Shown here piece by piece: positions 42,468 through 51,203 of a stretch of 64,000 nt of DNA (the stretch's first letter is position 1; the number at the start of each line of letters is the position of its first letter). This DNA comes from an uncultured cyanobacterium. GTDB lineage: Bacteria; Cyanobacteriota; Cyanobacteriia; Cyanobacteriales; CAWCAG01. The translations under genes and the position numbers were made by a program. Where the stretch lies: contig CAWCAG010000005.1 in NCBI GenBank assembly GCA_963793425.1, positions 608,001-672,000 on the forward strand. Direction: 5' to 3'. Under the pieces are notes generated by a model that did no database searches, was not told the origin of the DNA, and saw only the letters and a program-made list of their open reading frames with translations.

Positions 42468-43571
42468 TTAGATTGTGATGGGGGAATCTACATTGATCGT
42501 TTTCTCTTCTAAGTCAAAAGCTATACCATATTCTTTTAACTGTTTGGTAATGTTTTGGTTAGCAATGTCTAAAAGCTGGCGGCGTAAATCCATAGAAACT
42601 TCCCCTGAACCGAGAATAAAGAAGTTAATTTGAGCTTGGGTAAGTTTTTTGTCTTCTTCATTAACTAGTTCTTTAAAAACAACTTCGGTACTGCGAGAAT
42701 CAATACCAAAAATATCTGTAGTACTTTCTAAAATAACTTGGCGAATAAAGGCTCTTTCTTCTTGGGGTAAGGGGCGATAGAAAGTCAAATAAATCAGAGA
42801 AATAACTTTTTTTGCTCCTGTAAAGTTCTCAATATTCATTTGCGTTAGAGCATTATTCGGAACAATCATTAAAGTTCCTTTACCCGAAGTTCTAACTTTA
42901 GTAGAACGCAAACCAATAGATTCTACCCGCCCAAATGTACCATCAGGCAAGCCAATATAATCATCAGCAACAAAAGGGCTATCTACATATAAAACAATTC
43001 CGCCTAATAATTGTTCTAAAGTTTTTTGAGCCGCAAAAGCAACAGCTAGTCCCCCTACTCCTAAACTAGCTAATAACCCTAAAATGTTAATCTTATGGGT
43101 TTGGGCAAATAGAAAGACAACCAGCAAAATGATTACTGTGTTAGCTACTAATTTAGCTAGAATAAGGATTTCACTATTAACTTTTCGTTTACTTTGTATA
43201 GCTGCATCTAGTAAATAAAGCTCAAAGAAACGCCTAAACAATTGGGAACCAAGCCAAATAAAGATAGTACTTAAACTAAGGCTAATGGGTATTTCAATTG
43301 ACTCAAACCAATTAGGTGTTGAAGTGATTAAGATAGCTAAATCGGTAAAGGTGAGAATAGCTACTATCACTAACCATCCTTGGTAAGGTTGAAATATCTT
43401 TTGGTATACTTCTTGGTATTGAGGAGAAAATAAACGATTGAGTCTCAAATATAGTTTCTTGCCAAAATAAAAAATAACAAGAATCGAAATGATTCCTGTC
43501 ATTGTTAGTAAAATAGCTAATAAAGTTCGATTGCTTTCAATAATCGGTAGCACAGAATTAATCATCAACAA
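42468..43571 (-). CDS. MscS family mechanosensitive channel
   Basis: SLGVGGLAVAFAAQ, GRVESIGLRSTKVR. Confidence 0.9.
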   Translation of the reverse strand: MLMINSVLPIIESNRTLLAILLTMTGIISILVIFYFGKKLYLRLNRLFSPQYQEVYQKIFQPYQGWLVIVAILTFTDLAILITSTPNWFESIEIPISLSLSTIFIWLGSQLFRRFFELYLLDAAIQSKRKVNSEILILAKLVANTVIILLVVFLFAQTHKINILGLLASLGVGGLAVAFAAQKTLEQLLGGIVLYVDSPFVADDYIGLPDGTFGRVESIGLRSTKVRTSGKGTLMIVPNNALTQMNIENFTGAKKVISLIYLTFYRPLPQEERAFIRQVILESTTDIFGIDSRSTEVVFKELVNEEDKKLTQAQINFFILGSGEVSMDLRRQLLDIANQNITKQLKEYGIAFDLEEKTINVDSPITI

Positions 43572-43634
43572 ATACCTCGATTTGTTATTAATCTTCCCTG
43601 ACTAACGACTAATGTCCCGTCTGTTTCAGGGAAA

Positions 43635-44162
43635 TTAGTTGGGCGCTTCTCCACCAATGCCAATCCCAGTATTAAAAATTTGGGCCCCAGTGAGATTCAT
43701 ATCTTCCATAGATGCGCCTGAGACGTTGGCATCATAGATGATAGCATTGCGTAGGTTAACTTCATCTAAATCTGCTTGCTTAAAAACAGCATTGGTTAAG
43801 AAAGCTGCTGTGAGATTTGCACCTTCTAAATCTGCACCTGTAAGATCAGCACCTTCTAAATTAGCTTCGGTAAGATTTGCCCCTTCTAGGTTAGCATCCC
43901 TCAAATCTACTCCGATAAGATGGGTTTGAGACAAATCCGCACCAGATAGATTACAACCGACACAAGCCCTGGTATTCATTAATTGCTCAATGTGGGAAGG
44001 GTTAGCGGCTTTAGCTGGGCTGGGGAAAAATAAAGGTGTAAGGGCAGCAAGGGCAGCTAAAAAGTGGATTCTCATATCTGGATGTTTTTTGTTAGTACAA
44101 AGTAATTTTTTCGTTATTACCATAATAAGCAGTTTGAGGATTTTTGTCAAGGCAAAAACCAT
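43635..44162 (-). CDS. Pentapeptide repeat protein with signal peptide
   Basis: CVGCNLSGADL and A(N/D)LxG repeats; true start probably MRIHFLAA. Confidence 0.88.
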   Translation of the reverse strand: MVFALTKILKLLIMVITKKLLCTNKKHPDMRIHFLAALAALTPLFFPSPAKAANPSHIEQLMNTRACVGCNLSGADLSQTHLIGVDLRDANLEGANLTEANLEGADLTGADLEGANLTAAFLTNAVFKQADLDEVNLRNAIIYDANVSGASMEDMNLTGAQIFNTGIGIGGEAPN

Positions 44163-44264
44163 ACTTTGTCATTACAAAAGCATTAAGGATTCAGAGTGAA
44201 CTTTCTTAAAACAGTGTTATGATGCCGTTAAGACAATCAATGTACACTGTAAGTACAACTTCTC

Positions 44265-44441
44265 ATGGCACGAACAAAACCTAAATCAGATAAAGTCCTG
44301 ACTATCCGTCTTCCAGAAAAAGATTTGAAGTATTTAGAAGCTTACTGTATTGACCAAGGCAAAACAAAGACAGAAGTTTTGAGAGGGCTAATTCACAGCC
44401 TCCCAGTATCTGTATCTACCCAAGAAATGGTTTCTGCATAA
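44265..44441 (+). CDS. Small CopG/RHH DNA-binding protein (58 aa, missed by the ORF track)
   Basis: MARTKPKSDKVLTIRLPEKDLKYLEAYCIDQGKTKTEVLRGLIHSLP. Confidence 0.7.
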   Translation: MARTKPKSDKVLTIRLPEKDLKYLEAYCIDQGKTKTEVLRGLIHSLPVSVSTQEMVSA

Positions 44442-44519
44442 CTGCGTAGGGGCAGGTTTCACATTGATGTAAGAGATTTACCCAAAATACGAATGAACCT
44501 GCTCCTAACTTCATATCTT

Positions 44520-45020
44520 CTATATAGTCTTTAATTTTTTCCTAAAAAGACGTAGAGCTTTCAACCAAGCTTTTGCTGGTTTGTCGTAAAAGCTAAAAAT
44601 ATCTCCATAGGCAACGTTAGCATTTTCATGGTGTAGCCAATGTCTTTCTGGAGTAGTAATAAAAAAGAAATCACAAACTTTGAGAATCGGCTGAGGGGTT
44701 TTCCACTTCAGCAAAGAAACGTGCCGCCAGACGACATGAAATTCCCCTAATAATAACCCTAATATTGTTCCTACTGCCGATACTTGCCATAACCAAGGAA
44801 CAAAAAGGAAGTAAGGCAAAGCACCTAAAGCCCCATCTAAAATCACTAAAGGATTTTTCGTTAAGACAGCGTAGTGGATAAAGCTACGGTTTTTGCTATG
44901 ATGAACTACGCTATGAAATTTGCCGAACACGTGTTCGGGTACGTGATATAAAAATGTTGAAATTAAGTCTCCTATAAGCAGGAGAATCATAGCTACAGAA
45001 ACTGCTTTAATAATTTCCAA
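44520..45020 (-). CDS. Sterol desaturase/fatty acid hydroxylase family protein
   Basis: His boxes HVPEH, HSVVHH, HVVWRH, HWLHH. Confidence 0.75.
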   Translation of the reverse strand: MEIIKAVSVAMILLLIGDLISTFLYHVPEHVFGKFHSVVHHSKNRSFIHYAVLTKNPLVILDGALGALPYFLFVPWLWQVSAVGTILGLLLGEFHVVWRHVSLLKWKTPQPILKVCDFFFITTPERHWLHHENANVAYGDIFSFYDKPAKAWLKALRLFRKKLKTI

Positions 45021-45216
45021 AATTAACTCCTCGTTACCTAAGACAAACTTAGTTACTAGGAGTTAAATTTTCTTAAGGTTGAGGTTAATTTAGATTTATC
45101 TGGTTATTAAGGTTTTGCAAACTAACAATCCTGGGAATTTGATCAAAACTTTTAATCTTCACCAAATTCTCAGGATTGTCAAAGCTTAGTTTTAACTCAC
45201 CAGGAATCACTGCAAT

Positions 45217-45933
45217 TTAATCAGCCGTAGCCAATTCTGTGCTGCCGCGAATACGGCGCTTAGTTAAGCTATTGAAGAGCATTTTACCAACAGCTTTAAT
45301 CAAGTTACCTTCCAATTCTTGGAACAGTTTCATATTCATGGCAAAAGCAGCATTAGCTTCATCTACAATATCTTCCGCTGTTTGTTGATCGATAGGCAAA
45401 TTGTTCATTGCCTTGCGATACTTACTCTTAAAAGCTTTCTCATCAGGAATATCGGCAAACTCATAAAAAGCAGTACCTTCACCTTCAGAAAGATTCATCC
45501 CTTTTTTAGCAATCTTTTTCAGGATTTGCCCCCCAGATAAATCTCCTAAATAGCGGGTATAAAGATGAGCGAGAAGTAACTCAGGGCGAGAATTGGCCAC
45601 TTCTCTGATACGCTCTACATAAGCCTTACCTGCATCGCTGAGGAAAATTTCGTTTTTCCAGTTGGGGCCATAATAGTAAAGTAAGTCTTGTTCTAAACTT
45701 TGTTGGCGATTTAACTCGGGGAAGTAAACTTGAGAAATTACAGGATGATCCCGCAATTTTTCCATTTCTTCTTCCATTGCTGAATAAACGTAGTAAAGAT
45801 TGGTAACTAGCTTTCTATAAGATTTTTTCTCAACAACTCCTTTTAAAAAGCACTTGACAAAGCCTACATTTTCTGCCATCGTATGGGACTTTTTTGTCCC
45901 CTCGCGCAACATAGTAGCTAAATTTACACTCAT
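45217..45933 (-). CDS. ho1: Heme oxygenase 1
   Basis: LREGTKKSHTMAEN, HLYTRYLGDLSGGQIL. Confidence 0.93.
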   Translation of the reverse strand: MSVNLATMLREGTKKSHTMAENVGFVKCFLKGVVEKKSYRKLVTNLYYVYSAMEEEMEKLRDHPVISQVYFPELNRQQSLEQDLLYYYGPNWKNEIFLSDAGKAYVERIREVANSRPELLLAHLYTRYLGDLSGGQILKKIAKKGMNLSEGEGTAFYEFADIPDEKAFKSKYRKAMNNLPIDQQTAEDIVDEANAAFAMNMKLFQELEGNLIKAVGKMLFNSLTKRRIRGSTELATAD

Positions 45934-46204
45934 GTTAAATTTCCTGTTCTATGATTATCAAAAACCAGGGACTAGTGGGAAGACCCCTAAAAAAAAGCAC
46001 CTAGTTTGCTAGATTAAACTGAATTAATGAGGATTTTGATTAAGAATTTTGAAGTCAAGGATTTCTGAAATAAGTCCTCGACAAAAATGCCATTTTGTGC
46101 ATGGCTTTGCTGTAAGACAATCAGCAACTAGCCATTAGCCATTAAAATCTGTTGCAAAAACTGTAACCAAGCAAACTTCCGGCTCTTGAAGCAGGCATAC
46201 TGGA

Positions 46205-47116
46205 TTGAAAAATAAATGCAGTAACTCTACAGGTAAACTTATGCTGCTCAAAGATGCCCGCGATTATCAAATTCTGTTCCTTTCTCTATTCCTCATTTTG
46301 GGGATTGGTACGAGGGATTGGACTTTGCGTACAGATTTAATGTTAGTAACCATTGGTAGCTGTTTAGCAACTCAGTGGATATTAGTTTCCCTCGTTCCTT
46401 ATATCCAAGGAAAAATGCAACTCCAATGGTCTTCTTCCCCTAAATCTATCCTCACTTTACTACCAACCCTTTCTACTTTTCGTAGTGCGGCTATCACTTC
46501 GTTAGGTCTTTGTTTACTGTTGCGAGGAAACAGTTATCATACTATGGCCTTGGCTGGATGTTTAGCGATCGCTAGTAAGTTTTTATGCCAATACAAAAAT
46601 AAACACTTTTTTAACCCAGCTAATTTCGGTATTATTGCCGCACTTTTGTTAACCAACGATGCTTGGATATCTCCGGGACAATGGGGAACTGACTGGTGGT
46701 ATTTACTGCTGTTTGCTGGTACAGGAGGAATGCTTCTCAAACGAGTTGGGCGTTGGGACACCTCTGCGGCTTTTTTCCTTAGCTACGCTGGGTTAGAAGC
46801 GATGCGTAATTTCTGGTTAGGTTTTGGTTGGGATGTACTCATACACCAATTAATGAGCGGCTCTTTATTACTATTCGCTCTGTTTATGCTGACAGATCCT
46901 CGTTCTATTCCTAACGCTACCACGAGCCGTTTAATTTGGGCGATCGCAATTGCCCTATTAACCTTTGTTTTGCAACATCAATTCTTCGTCGAAAGTGCCA
47001 TCTTCTGGGCTTTATTCGCCCTCTCTCCTGTCACCATTTTCTTAGATGAATTTTGGTTGGCCCCCAGGTTTACTTGGCAACAGGCAGGATTATCGCAAGT
47101 AATAAGTAATAAGTAA
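46205..47116 (+). CDS. RnfD/NqrB-like membrane protein (standalone)
   Basis: KHFFNPANFG, LFALFMLTDPRS; multiple TM helices; probable start at MLLKDARDYQI. Confidence 0.8.
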   Translation: MKNKCSNSTGKLMLLKDARDYQILFLSLFLILGIGTRDWTLRTDLMLVTIGSCLATQWILVSLVPYIQGKMQLQWSSSPKSILTLLPTLSTFRSAAITSLGLCLLLRGNSYHTMALAGCLAIASKFLCQYKNKHFFNPANFGIIAALLLTNDAWISPGQWGTDWWYLLLFAGTGGMLLKRVGRWDTSAAFFLSYAGLEAMRNFWLGFGWDVLIHQLMSGSLLLFALFMLTDPRSIPNATTSRLIWAIAIALLTFVLQHQFFVESAIFWALFALSPVTIFLDEFWLAPRFTWQQAGLSQVISNK

Positions 47117-47128
47117 TAAGTAAGAATA

Positions 47129-48463
47129 ATGAAAACTTTTCGAGTAGTGGCGACTTGGTTAATTGCCTGTGTTGCTACATTGGCATTAGCACAACCTGCA
47201 TGGGCTTTTTGTGGCTTTTATGTGGCTAAAGCGGACACAGATTTGTACAATCAAGCTTCTCAAGTAATTATCGCTAGAGATGGCGATCGCACAGTGTTAA
47301 CGATGGCGAATGATTACCAGGGTGAAGTCAAAGATTTCGCTCTGGTAGTCCCGGTTCCAGTTATCTTACAAGAAGATCAGGTTAATGTCGCTGAACCAAA
47401 AATCTTAGAACGCCTTGATAGTTTTAGCGCACCACGTTTAGTAGAGTATTTCGATGAAGATCCGTGCGCGATCCGAGACTACGAAGAATTTGATGGTGCA
47501 ACATTGAATCGGCTTCCCTCTGCGGCAGACCCAAAAGAATCTAGAGATGAAAGCTTAGGTGTAACAGTTGAATCAAAGTTTAGCGTCGGGGAATACGACA
47601 TCGTTATCCTCAGTGCCAAAGAATCCGATGGTTTAGAAACTTGGCTGCAACAAAACAATTACAAGATTCCCGATGGGGCAAGCAAACTTTTACAACCCTA
47701 CATTCGCCAAAACCTGAAATTCTTTGTCGCAAAAGTTAACCTCGAAGAATTCGAGAAAAGTGAATTTCAATCCCTTCGCCCATTAATGATGGCTTACGAG
47801 TCCTCTAGATTTATGTTACCTATTCGCTTGGGAACTATGAATGCTAAGGGGCCACAGGATTTAATTGTTTATCTTCTTTCCCCTAAAGGGCAAACAGAGT
47901 TAACCAATTACCGCATGGTGAAAATTCCTTCTGATACGGAATTACCAGAATTTGTTGAAGAAGAATTCGGTGACTTTTATCAATCCATGTTTCAAAAAGC
48001 TTATGAAAGGGAAAACAAAAAAGTTGCTTTCCTAGAATATGCTTGGGATATGTCTTGGTGTGACCCTTGTGCCGCCAACCCCTTAACCCCAGAAGAATTG
48101 CGTCAGGCAGGGGTATTTTGGCTTAATCAGGGGGGAAATCCCAATTTAGGTAGTCCAGCGCAAAATGTCTTTATTACCCGCCTCCACGTCCGTTATACCC
48201 GCGATAACTTTCCTGAAGACTTAAGGTTTGCAGAAACCGCGAATCGAGAAAACTTCCAAGGACGTTATGTGATTCGTCATCCTTTCACCGGAGAAATGGA
48301 TTGTCCCCAGGCAAAAGAATATAAACAGGCTTTGGCACAACGTCAAGAAAAAGAAGTGCAAACCCTTGCTAAGTTAACCAAATGGAACATTGCTGAGATT
48401 CGCAAAAAGGCCAGAATTGAAGCTAGCAAACCTACTCCTTGGTGGCGTAACATCTTCCGCTAG
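47129..48463 (+). CDS. DUF2330 exported protein
   Basis: Signal peptide then AFCGFYV; VGEYDIVIL, WLQQNNY, MLPIRL, ITRLH. Confidence 0.8.
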   Translation: MKTFRVVATWLIACVATLALAQPAWAFCGFYVAKADTDLYNQASQVIIARDGDRTVLTMANDYQGEVKDFALVVPVPVILQEDQVNVAEPKILERLDSFSAPRLVEYFDEDPCAIRDYEEFDGATLNRLPSAADPKESRDESLGVTVESKFSVGEYDIVILSAKESDGLETWLQQNNYKIPDGASKLLQPYIRQNLKFFVAKVNLEEFEKSEFQSLRPLMMAYESSRFMLPIRLGTMNAKGPQDLIVYLLSPKGQTELTNYRMVKIPSDTELPEFVEEEFGDFYQSMFQKAYERENKKVAFLEYAWDMSWCDPCAANPLTPEELRQAGVFWLNQGGNPNLGSPAQNVFITRLHVRYTRDNFPEDLRFAETANRENFQGRYVIRHPFTGEMDCPQAKEYKQALAQRQEKEVQTLAKLTKWNIAEIRKKARIEASKPTPWWRNIFR

Positions 48464-48527
48464 GCTCAATTAGCTAAAATAGACTCTATTCAATCGGCCT
48501 TGCTTTAACAACAAGGCCGTTCCTTTT

Positions 48528-49115
48528 TTGAGAAACTTTTTATTAATGACTGAAAATATCTCTCCTGACCCCAGTAATAATCGCCTGAGAAATATCTTAA
48601 TTGCCGTTGCTGCAATTTTCCTAAGTGCAGCACTCTTTTTTGGTTTGCAAACGAAATCTGGTTCTACTTCCCTAGAAGCCCAAGCGGAAAAATCTATTCC
48701 TTTAGAAGTCGCAATTAATAACCCGAAACCCACCCTAATGGAATTTTATGCCAATTGGTGTACAAGCTGCCAAGCTATGGCCAAAGATTTAGCTCAACTA
48801 AAACAGCAATATGGAGAAAAAGTTAACTTTGTCATGCTGAATGTAGATAATACCAAGTGGTTGCCAGAAATCTTAAGTTACCAAGTAGATGGCATTCCCC
48901 ACTTCGTCTTTCTTAATCAACAAGGACAAACCGTCGCCGAAACCATTGGGAAACAACCCTTTTCTGTCCTTGAAGCAGATTTAAACGCTTTAATTGCTAG
49001 CCGCCCTCTCCCCCATACCTATAGCTCAGGACAGGTTTCTGATTTTGATGCCCCTCTTTCCAGTGCTAATAACCAGCAAGTAGCCCCCCGTACCCACGGC
49101 AGCCAGGTTAAATAA
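48528..49115 (+). CDS. txlA: Membrane-anchored thioredoxin-like protein TxlA
   Basis: TM helix; EFYANWCTSC; VDGIPHF. Confidence 0.8.
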   Translation: MRNFLLMTENISPDPSNNRLRNILIAVAAIFLSAALFFGLQTKSGSTSLEAQAEKSIPLEVAINNPKPTLMEFYANWCTSCQAMAKDLAQLKQQYGEKVNFVMLNVDNTKWLPEILSYQVDGIPHFVFLNQQGQTVAETIGKQPFSVLEADLNALIASRPLPHTYSSGQVSDFDAPLSSANNQQVAPRTHGSQVK

Positions 49116-49334
49116 AACTGATGCACAATATCCAAAATTCTTCTTGTTAAAGACATAATGGTAGGGATTACCGTACATTACCACCCAAAACACTTGCCAA
49201 AACCTCTCTACTTGCGCTAAGTATTATAGAAGTACTTCCCACCTCGTTAAAAGCTCGATTCATTACTAAAGTCGTCTGAGTTGGGGATGCTTTTATCAAG
49301 AGTTCATGTAAAGGATTTCAAATAAATTTAGCGT

Positions 49335-49553
49335 ATGAGTAGTAAAGTAGCTCACCCTATGGTGAAGTTGCAGCACAAACTGCTTTCCCTTGTGGATTCT
49401 CAAGTCCTCAAGCCCAGCGATAAAATCTGGAAAGTCGCTTTTTTGTATGGCGACAAGTGGGAATATTGGAAAAAAGAGCTGCAAGACTTTGGTTTCAGTA
49501 CTCAAGACCCCATTAGCGAAGTGCTAATGGTAGAGGCTTGGGACGAAGATTAA
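49335..49553 (+). CDS. DUF4327 family protein
   Basis: HPMVKLQ...LKPSDKIWK...WEYWKKEL..F.FSTQDPI. Confidence 0.75.
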   Translation: MSSKVAHPMVKLQHKLLSLVDSQVLKPSDKIWKVAFLYGDKWEYWKKELQDFGFSTQDPISEVLMVEAWDED

Positions 49554-49568
49554 AAAAAATTCAAAACC

Positions 49569-50789
49569 TCAAAGACATTGAGCTAAAGCTTCAGATAACT
49601 CTTTAGCTGTTTGGTAGCGCTCACTTAGCTTGCGCTCACAGGTTTTTCTGATGACGTGACTAAGGCCAGGGGTAATAGTTGGAATGTTTTTCAGATCAAA
49701 TCCATAGCTGTTACCCAAATCTCGATAATACTTGAGGGGAGCTTCTCCTGTCAGTAAAAAGATTAAGGTAGGGCCAATGGCATACAAATCTGATTGAGGA
49801 CAGGGTTTGCCTCTATCTTGTTCTGGTGCGCTATAACCTTCTGCACCAATGCGGGTTCCTGAAGGAGTGCCAATCTCTTTGACAGCGCCAAAATCTAACA
49901 GGACAATGTTCCCGTCAACGTTACGGGCCATTAAGTTGGCAGGTTTTACGTCCCTATGAACCAAAGGTGGTTGGAGGGAGTGGAGATAGCCGAGAATATC
50001 GCAAGTTTGCATCATCCATTCAATTGCCTGTTGTGGTGCGACAGGGCCTGTTTTATAGATGCGTTCCTCTAAATTCTGGCCGTGAATTAGCTCCATGGCC
50101 AAATATTTTTTCCCTTTTTCCACAAAAAAGTTGTAGTAGTTGGGAATTCCCGGATGATCTAAGGATTTGAGAACACGAGCCTCCCTCTCAAAAAGTTCTT
50201 GGGCTTTGGCGATCGCTGCCATATCCGCATTCATTTCCTTAAGAACTAATAAATTAGGAGAATCATTAAACTGGCTGTCTTTATCCCAGGCTAGGTAAGT
50301 AGTTCCCATCCCTCCCTGCCCTAAAGTACGGAGGATTTGGTAGTGGCGGATGAATTGCTCTTTTTCTACTAAGGGATGACCGCAGTAAATGCAAAATAAA
50401 TGTTTAGGCGGCTTAGATAAATTGCGACAAGGCTGATGGGTTAAAGGGCAGTTAGGAAAAGCTGGACCAGTCTTTTTCTGAACAGATTGAATTTGAAATC
50501 TAAATATAGGTCCTCTTTTCGCTAACTGAATAATCGAACCATTAGTAAGTAGCCCTTGAGTTGTGAGAATACCATTGAGAAAAGTGCCATTAGTGCCTTT
50601 ACTAAGTAACTGCCAAGAAGAATTATCTATTTTCTTTAACTCTAAGTGATACCGTGATACCTCTGGATAGTCTTCCAGGATAATATGATTATCCCCAGCG
50701 CGACCGACGCGAATAATTGCTTGCTGGGGAAAATTCCATTGTTGTATAGCAGTATGACCTTGGGATTTTAATAAAGTCAGGATGACCAT
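49569..50789 (-). CDS. FHA domain Ser/Thr protein kinase
   Basis: FHA (GR, VSRYH, GTNGTF); kinase LGQGGMG, HRDVKPAN, DFG, APE. Confidence 0.92.
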   Translation of the reverse strand: MVILTLLKSQGHTAIQQWNFPQQAIIRVGRAGDNHIILEDYPEVSRYHLELKKIDNSSWQLLSKGTNGTFLNGILTTQGLLTNGSIIQLAKRGPIFRFQIQSVQKKTGPAFPNCPLTHQPCRNLSKPPKHLFCIYCGHPLVEKEQFIRHYQILRTLGQGGMGTTYLAWDKDSQFNDSPNLLVLKEMNADMAAIAKAQELFEREARVLKSLDHPGIPNYYNFFVEKGKKYLAMELIHGQNLEERIYKTGPVAPQQAIEWMMQTCDILGYLHSLQPPLVHRDVKPANLMARNVDGNIVLLDFGAVKEIGTPSGTRIGAEGYSAPEQDRGKPCPQSDLYAIGPTLIFLLTGEAPLKYYRDLGNSYGFDLKNIPTITPGLSHVIRKTCERKLSERYQTAKELSEALAQCL

Positions 50790-51084
50790 AGGTAGTTAAT
50801 CACATCCTACCTGAAATTGAAAATCAATTGCCTGGGGCTTTGCTCCCAGGCTATGATCGTAGCCGAATTGTAAAGGAGGATTCTTTTCCATAATCCCTGT
50901 CCATAGTTATTAGCTGGTCTTCCGTAAGAAGCCTCACACCATAATTTTAATTTGGTGTTGAGATCAATTACGCGCCTGTGAGTTTCGGAATTGGTAAACC
51001 CTTGATGTATAATGCCAATGTAGGTATTAAAACCCAAGAGCGAAAGCCGCCTACAAAAAAACAAAATAGAATTTATTTTTAATT

Positions 51085-51199
51085 CCGGTGCGGTAGGGCA
51101 TTCCGTGTCGTTAATAAAGCTGAGAGCCTCCGCGCGCAATAGCCGGATTGTCTCAGAAGCCTACACTGTACTTAGTGAGTCAGTGTAGGAGTATGTCAC
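51085..51199 (+). mobile_element. IS200/IS605 (TnpB-type) right end/omegaRNA remnant
   Basis: GCGGTAGGGCATTCCGT motif; subterminal hairpin CCTACACTG (51160-51168) / CAGTGTAGG (51181-51189); ends in TCAC at 51199; no tnpB ORF. Confidence 0.6.
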
Positions 51200-51203
51200 G
51201 GAT

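Noticed and set aside
50807..51139. 110-aa minus-strand ORF
   Set aside because: No motifs; overlaps the IS-end remnant; likely spurious
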